From: Candidatus Zhuqueibacterota bacterium
GTDB taxonomy: Bacteria; Zhuqueibacterota; Zhuqueibacteria; Thermofontimicrobiales; Thermofontimicrobiaceae
Direction of reading: 5' to 3'
DNA: 64,000 nt
Assembly (NCBI GenBank): GCA_049322915.1
Contig: JBMOPW010000021.1
Location: forward strand, 1 to 64,000
This document shows positions 61,277 to 64,000 of this stretch, in pieces. Positions within the stretch are counted from its first letter, which is position 1. Each line of letters opens with the position of its first letter. The notes beneath the pieces were generated by a model. The model had not been told where the DNA came from. It did no database searches and saw nothing but the letters and a program-made list of their open reading frames with translations. Both the position numbers and the translations under genes were made by a program.

Positions 61277-62845
61277 TCATGCGCTCAGCGCATTGTACTT
61301 ATTCACATACGTCCGAAGGAGTCTGCCGTATTCTTCGGCGCGCGTCTGACCATTGTAACCCCTGGCGAATGCGATGAAATCCTGATTTTGAAGTGACGCG
61401 GTCAGGTCATTGCCCTGAATGTACAGGAACAGTCCGATAATCTGGTTTCGAATGTCATTTTGAAAATCATCAAACATTTGAAAGACCGTTGAATAGCCCA
61501 ATGTTCCGAAGTTCGCGCCCATAATTTGAGGACTGCCCATACTGATCGATTTGAGCGCGGCCGTTTCATCAAACTGTTGCGCCAGTTGCAGCGCAGCCCA
61601 CTCGGGTTGCTGTTGCCCGGTGTGCACCGGCTGCCAGTTGCCGGCGTCGGAATGGCGAAAATGATGCCCCTGCCAGGTGTTGGGTCGGTCGAATTTAAAA
61701 TGTTTATTGAACTGGCTTTCGTGATTCGCGCCCCAGTGGCGATAGAAATGATGATTCTCAAATCGGACGATGAGCCGACCGTCCGGGCCATATCCCTTGC
61801 CGCCGGACTCGACGCACAAAACCGCCAAACCAACGCCGGGATCGATATGATGGTGGGAGCAGATCTGCTTCATCAGCCCGCCGTATTTATTCCAGGCCGT
61901 GGCCATTTTCACCTGCTCATCGGAAAAGTTGCTGCCAATGGCAATGGACTCGCTGGCCGGTGGCCGCAAAGGATCATCGTCGTAAGAGGGGATGTCGCTA
62001 TTCGGCGCGCCCGTTTCACGAATATATTGCCGTGCGGCAAAACCGGATGCTGCGATTGGCTTCACTCGCAGCCAGTCAGATGTCACATCCAGCACTTTCA
62101 GCCCGGTGCCGGCTTTGAGCAGCGCGTAGGAAGGATACGTTGTTTTGGGCCCAGTCCGCAGTTGCAAATCGTTGGTGTTCACTGTCCCGGTTGTGATGGA
62201 ACCGCTGTCCGGTTCCTCAGAATCTATTTTGCGGATGAATTCCGAGCGGATGTACCCCTCATAAACGATGGTTTCAATTTCAGCCCAGTCATGGTCGATT
62301 TTTTTGACCTTCAGTTCCGTATTCTCCGGCAGCACGGCCGTGATTGGATAATTCACTCCGGCGCCGCTTCGCACGTTGACCAGCGGATCGTTCACCACCG
62401 CTTTGTAGAGGGCGTCCGGAACCGCGCCCCCGCCGTATACCTCAACCACCAGGTCTTTGAGGATGTATCCACTCAGACGTTTGGACTTCACCCGCGACCA
62501 TTCAGTTTTTTCCTCAAGAATTTCCAGCACTGTGCCTTTGTAGACTGTGGCCATAACGCCAAATTCATAGCTCGCCCCGCTTCGGATGTTCAAGGCATCC
62601 GGTTCGACAATGGCAAGCGCCGCGGAATGTCCACCATCGCCGGACTGTGGGGCGGTAAACGTCACCCAGGCGCGACTCACATACCCTTCAATCAGGCAAG
62701 CATCAATTTCAAACCATTCATCGATGGTGCTGACAATCGTCACCTGGGTGCCGCGCGCCAATTGAAAGATAACCGGAAAGCTGGTTCCAGTTCCCGAACG
62801 AACATTCAGGAAATCCGCATGAATAACTCCGTTTTTGAATGCCAT
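61277..62845 (-). CDS. 4x SH3b + N-acetylmuramidase (DUF3380 phage-type muramidase)
   Basis: SH3b repeats LNVRSG / LNIRSG / VNVRSG / LQLRTG; catalytic region VLCVESGG..IVRFENHHF, ALKSISMGSPQIMGANF, FARGYNG; no signal peptide. Start reassigned to MAFKNG (62845). Confidence 0.88.
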   Translation of the reverse strand: MAFKNGVIHADFLNVRSGTGTSFPVIFQLARGTQVTIVSTIDEWFEIDACLIEGYVSRAWVTFTAPQSGDGGHSAALAIVEPDALNIRSGASYEFGVMATVYKGTVLEILEEKTEWSRVKSKRLSGYILKDLVVEVYGGGAVPDALYKAVVNDPLVNVRSGAGVNYPITAVLPENTELKVKKIDHDWAEIETIVYEGYIRSEFIRKIDSEEPDSGSITTGTVNTNDLQLRTGPKTTYPSYALLKAGTGLKVLDVTSDWLRVKPIAASGFAARQYIRETGAPNSDIPSYDDDPLRPPASESIAIGSNFSDEQVKMATAWNKYGGLMKQICSHHHIDPGVGLAVLCVESGGKGYGPDGRLIVRFENHHFYRHWGANHESQFNKHFKFDRPNTWQGHHFRHSDAGNWQPVHTGQQQPEWAALQLAQQFDETAALKSISMGSPQIMGANFGTLGYSTVFQMFDDFQNDIRNQIIGLFLYIQGNDLTASLQNQDFIAFARGYNGQTRAEEYGRLLRTYVNKYNALSA

Positions 62846-62954
62846 GGTGTGAAGGCCTTTCTTTTCTGAAGAATAAAGATGAACTGAACCGGAAGATTTT
62901 TTCGAAGCGTAACGTTTAAAATTTTCAGGCAAGAAACATCAAACAGCCGTGGTT

Positions 62955-62983
62955 AATGTAACAATATTGTCAAGAAAAGTCAA
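62955..62983 (-). promoter_or_regulatory. Sigma70-type promoter of the muramidase cassette
   Basis: Minus strand: TTGACT, 17 bp spacer, TACATT with an extended TGn motif. Confidence 0.6.
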
Positions 62984-63273
62984 GTGAAAATTAAGGAGTC
63001 CCAGCCTCAGTCGCGCCGCTGAAATTCTTCCGGAGAATATAAAGGAATTAAAAAGTACTGCTCACGAAATCCCGCGCAGCTAAATGCCCAAATTTTGCCT
63101 TGACTTTGGTGTTTAAAATATTATCTTTTACAAATTATTCGACTGCGACAAAATTAACCCTGCAACGTCATTTAGTAAATTTATCACAATATGTTGAGTT
63201 TTTCATCTATCAAAAATAAAATATACAACGATAAAAAATCTATGTGACGTAGTAGGGTTAACAGAAGGGAAAA

Positions 63274-63753
63274 ATGAGAATGAGTGAGACGAGAGTCAAA
63301 CAACCGACATCGCGTGGTTGCTTCCTGTGCGGGCGTGAGAATAACTTCGGTTTGAAAATGGAGTGGTACAATAATTTGGAAAAAAATGTGGTGGAAGGCG
63401 AAATTATTGTCCCGGAGCATTTTAACGGGTATCCCGGCATTGTGCACGGCGGCATCGTCAGCGCTATTTTGGATGAGACTGCCGGTCGCGCAGTGATGCT
63501 CAATGGAGATTTCGATAATTTATTTGTGACGTTGAAATTGAATGTGACCTTCCGGACGTTCACTCCCACGCAGCAACCGCTCAAAGCTATTGGCTGGCTG
63601 GTGGGAACAGGAAACCGGAGCATGAAAGTCGCTGCGGAGCTGCGCCTTCCAGACGGCATTGTCACGGCTGAATGCGATGCGGTGGTAGTCAGAGCGCCCG
63701 ATGAAGTGAAAGCGCAATGGCAGCCAGAGGTCGATAGCTGGCGAGTCGAGTGA
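63274..63753 (+). CDS. PaaI-family (hotdog) thioesterase
   Basis: CFLCGRENNFGL, GYPGIVHGGIVSAILDE, VTLKLNVTF. Confidence 0.9.
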   Translation: MRMSETRVKQPTSRGCFLCGRENNFGLKMEWYNNLEKNVVEGEIIVPEHFNGYPGIVHGGIVSAILDETAGRAVMLNGDFDNLFVTLKLNVTFRTFTPTQQPLKAIGWLVGTGNRSMKVAAELRLPDGIVTAECDAVVVRAPDEVKAQWQPEVDSWRVE

Positions 63754-63807
63754 TGGTGTCCTTTGACCAAATTCACCGTCGATGCCAGAAATTTTCCAAA
63801 TAAATTC

Positions 63808-63836
63808 TTGACATTAAAAAAAAAATTTATTATATT
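63808..63836 (+). promoter_or_regulatory. Sigma70 promoter of tRNA-Met
   Basis: TTGACA (63808-63813), 17 bp spacer, TATATT (63831-63836). Confidence 0.8.
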
Positions 63837-63849
63837 CCTCGACCTAAAT

Positions 63850-63922
63850 CGCGGGGTGGAGCAGTTGGTAGCTCGTTGGGCTCATAACCCAAAGGCCGTA
63901 GGTTCGAATCCTACCCCCGCTA
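63850..63922 (+). tRNA. tRNA-Met(CAT), initiator (fMet)
   Basis: Cloverleaf with CAT anticodon at 63883-63885, three G-C pairs in the anticodon stem, C1:U72 mismatch and GGTTCGAATC T-arm. The 3' CCA is not encoded (CTA follows the discriminator). Confidence 0.97.
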
Positions 63923-63935
63923 CTAACTATAAATT

Positions 63936-63970
63936 AAGGGTTTAAATTGAATGATTTGAACCCTTTTTTT
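63936..63970 (+). terminator. Intrinsic terminator after tRNA-Met
   Basis: AAGGGTTTAAAT-loop-ATTTGAACCCTT followed by a T-run. Confidence 0.7.
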
Positions 63971-64000
63971 GTTTATTGCCTGGATTTTCCAACTCTATTT

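Noticed and set aside
61526..62869. 447 aa plus-strand ORF
   Set aside because: Antisense shadow of the SH3-muramidase gene; no recognisable motifs.
63850..64000. tRNA-Met as the integration site for the lysis-like cassette or island
   Set aside because: No integrase and no duplicated tRNA 3' end in the window; the cassette lies 5' of the tRNA, and only 78 bp downstream are visible.

Overview
A chromosomal window from a moderately GC-rich Gram-negative bacterium. It has T9SS-type C-terminal sorting domains and a PorV-like gene, but uses canonical Shine-Dalgarno sites and TTGACA/TATAAT promoters, which suggests a non-Bacteroidia FCB-group lineage such as KSB1 or Calditrichota (inference). Left to right: (1) a TPR lipoprotein and rpmB; (2) a ~19.5 kb plus-strand glycan-uptake locus with no SusD: TonB-dependent receptor, FN3/CTD partner, PorV-like barrel, two further outer-membrane barrels, two secreted DUF4623-like repeat proteins, a GHL10 hydrolase, a ROK repressor and a DUF4434-like protein; (3) a convergent ~37 kb minus-strand cluster for sialylated/fucosylated glycans: AGE epimerase, NanA, sialate O-acetylesterase, two GH2, a frameshifted GH95, GH31, GH29, GH88, GH20, a BNR sialidase-like protein and several amidohydrolases; (4) inside that cluster, a sharply AT-rich 5.2 kb single-gene island encoding an SF1 helicase plus Vsr/DUF559-type nuclease fused to a GyrA/ParC C-terminal-domain-like region, the best candidate for an undescribed defence system; (5) a candidate anti-Shine-Dalgarno sRNA, an orphan lysis-like cassette (4xSH3-muramidase plus three membrane proteins), a PaaI thioesterase and the initiator tRNA-Met. 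Several REP/MITE-like palindromes lie in intergenic gaps. All family calls come from motif recognition by eye; no searches were run.
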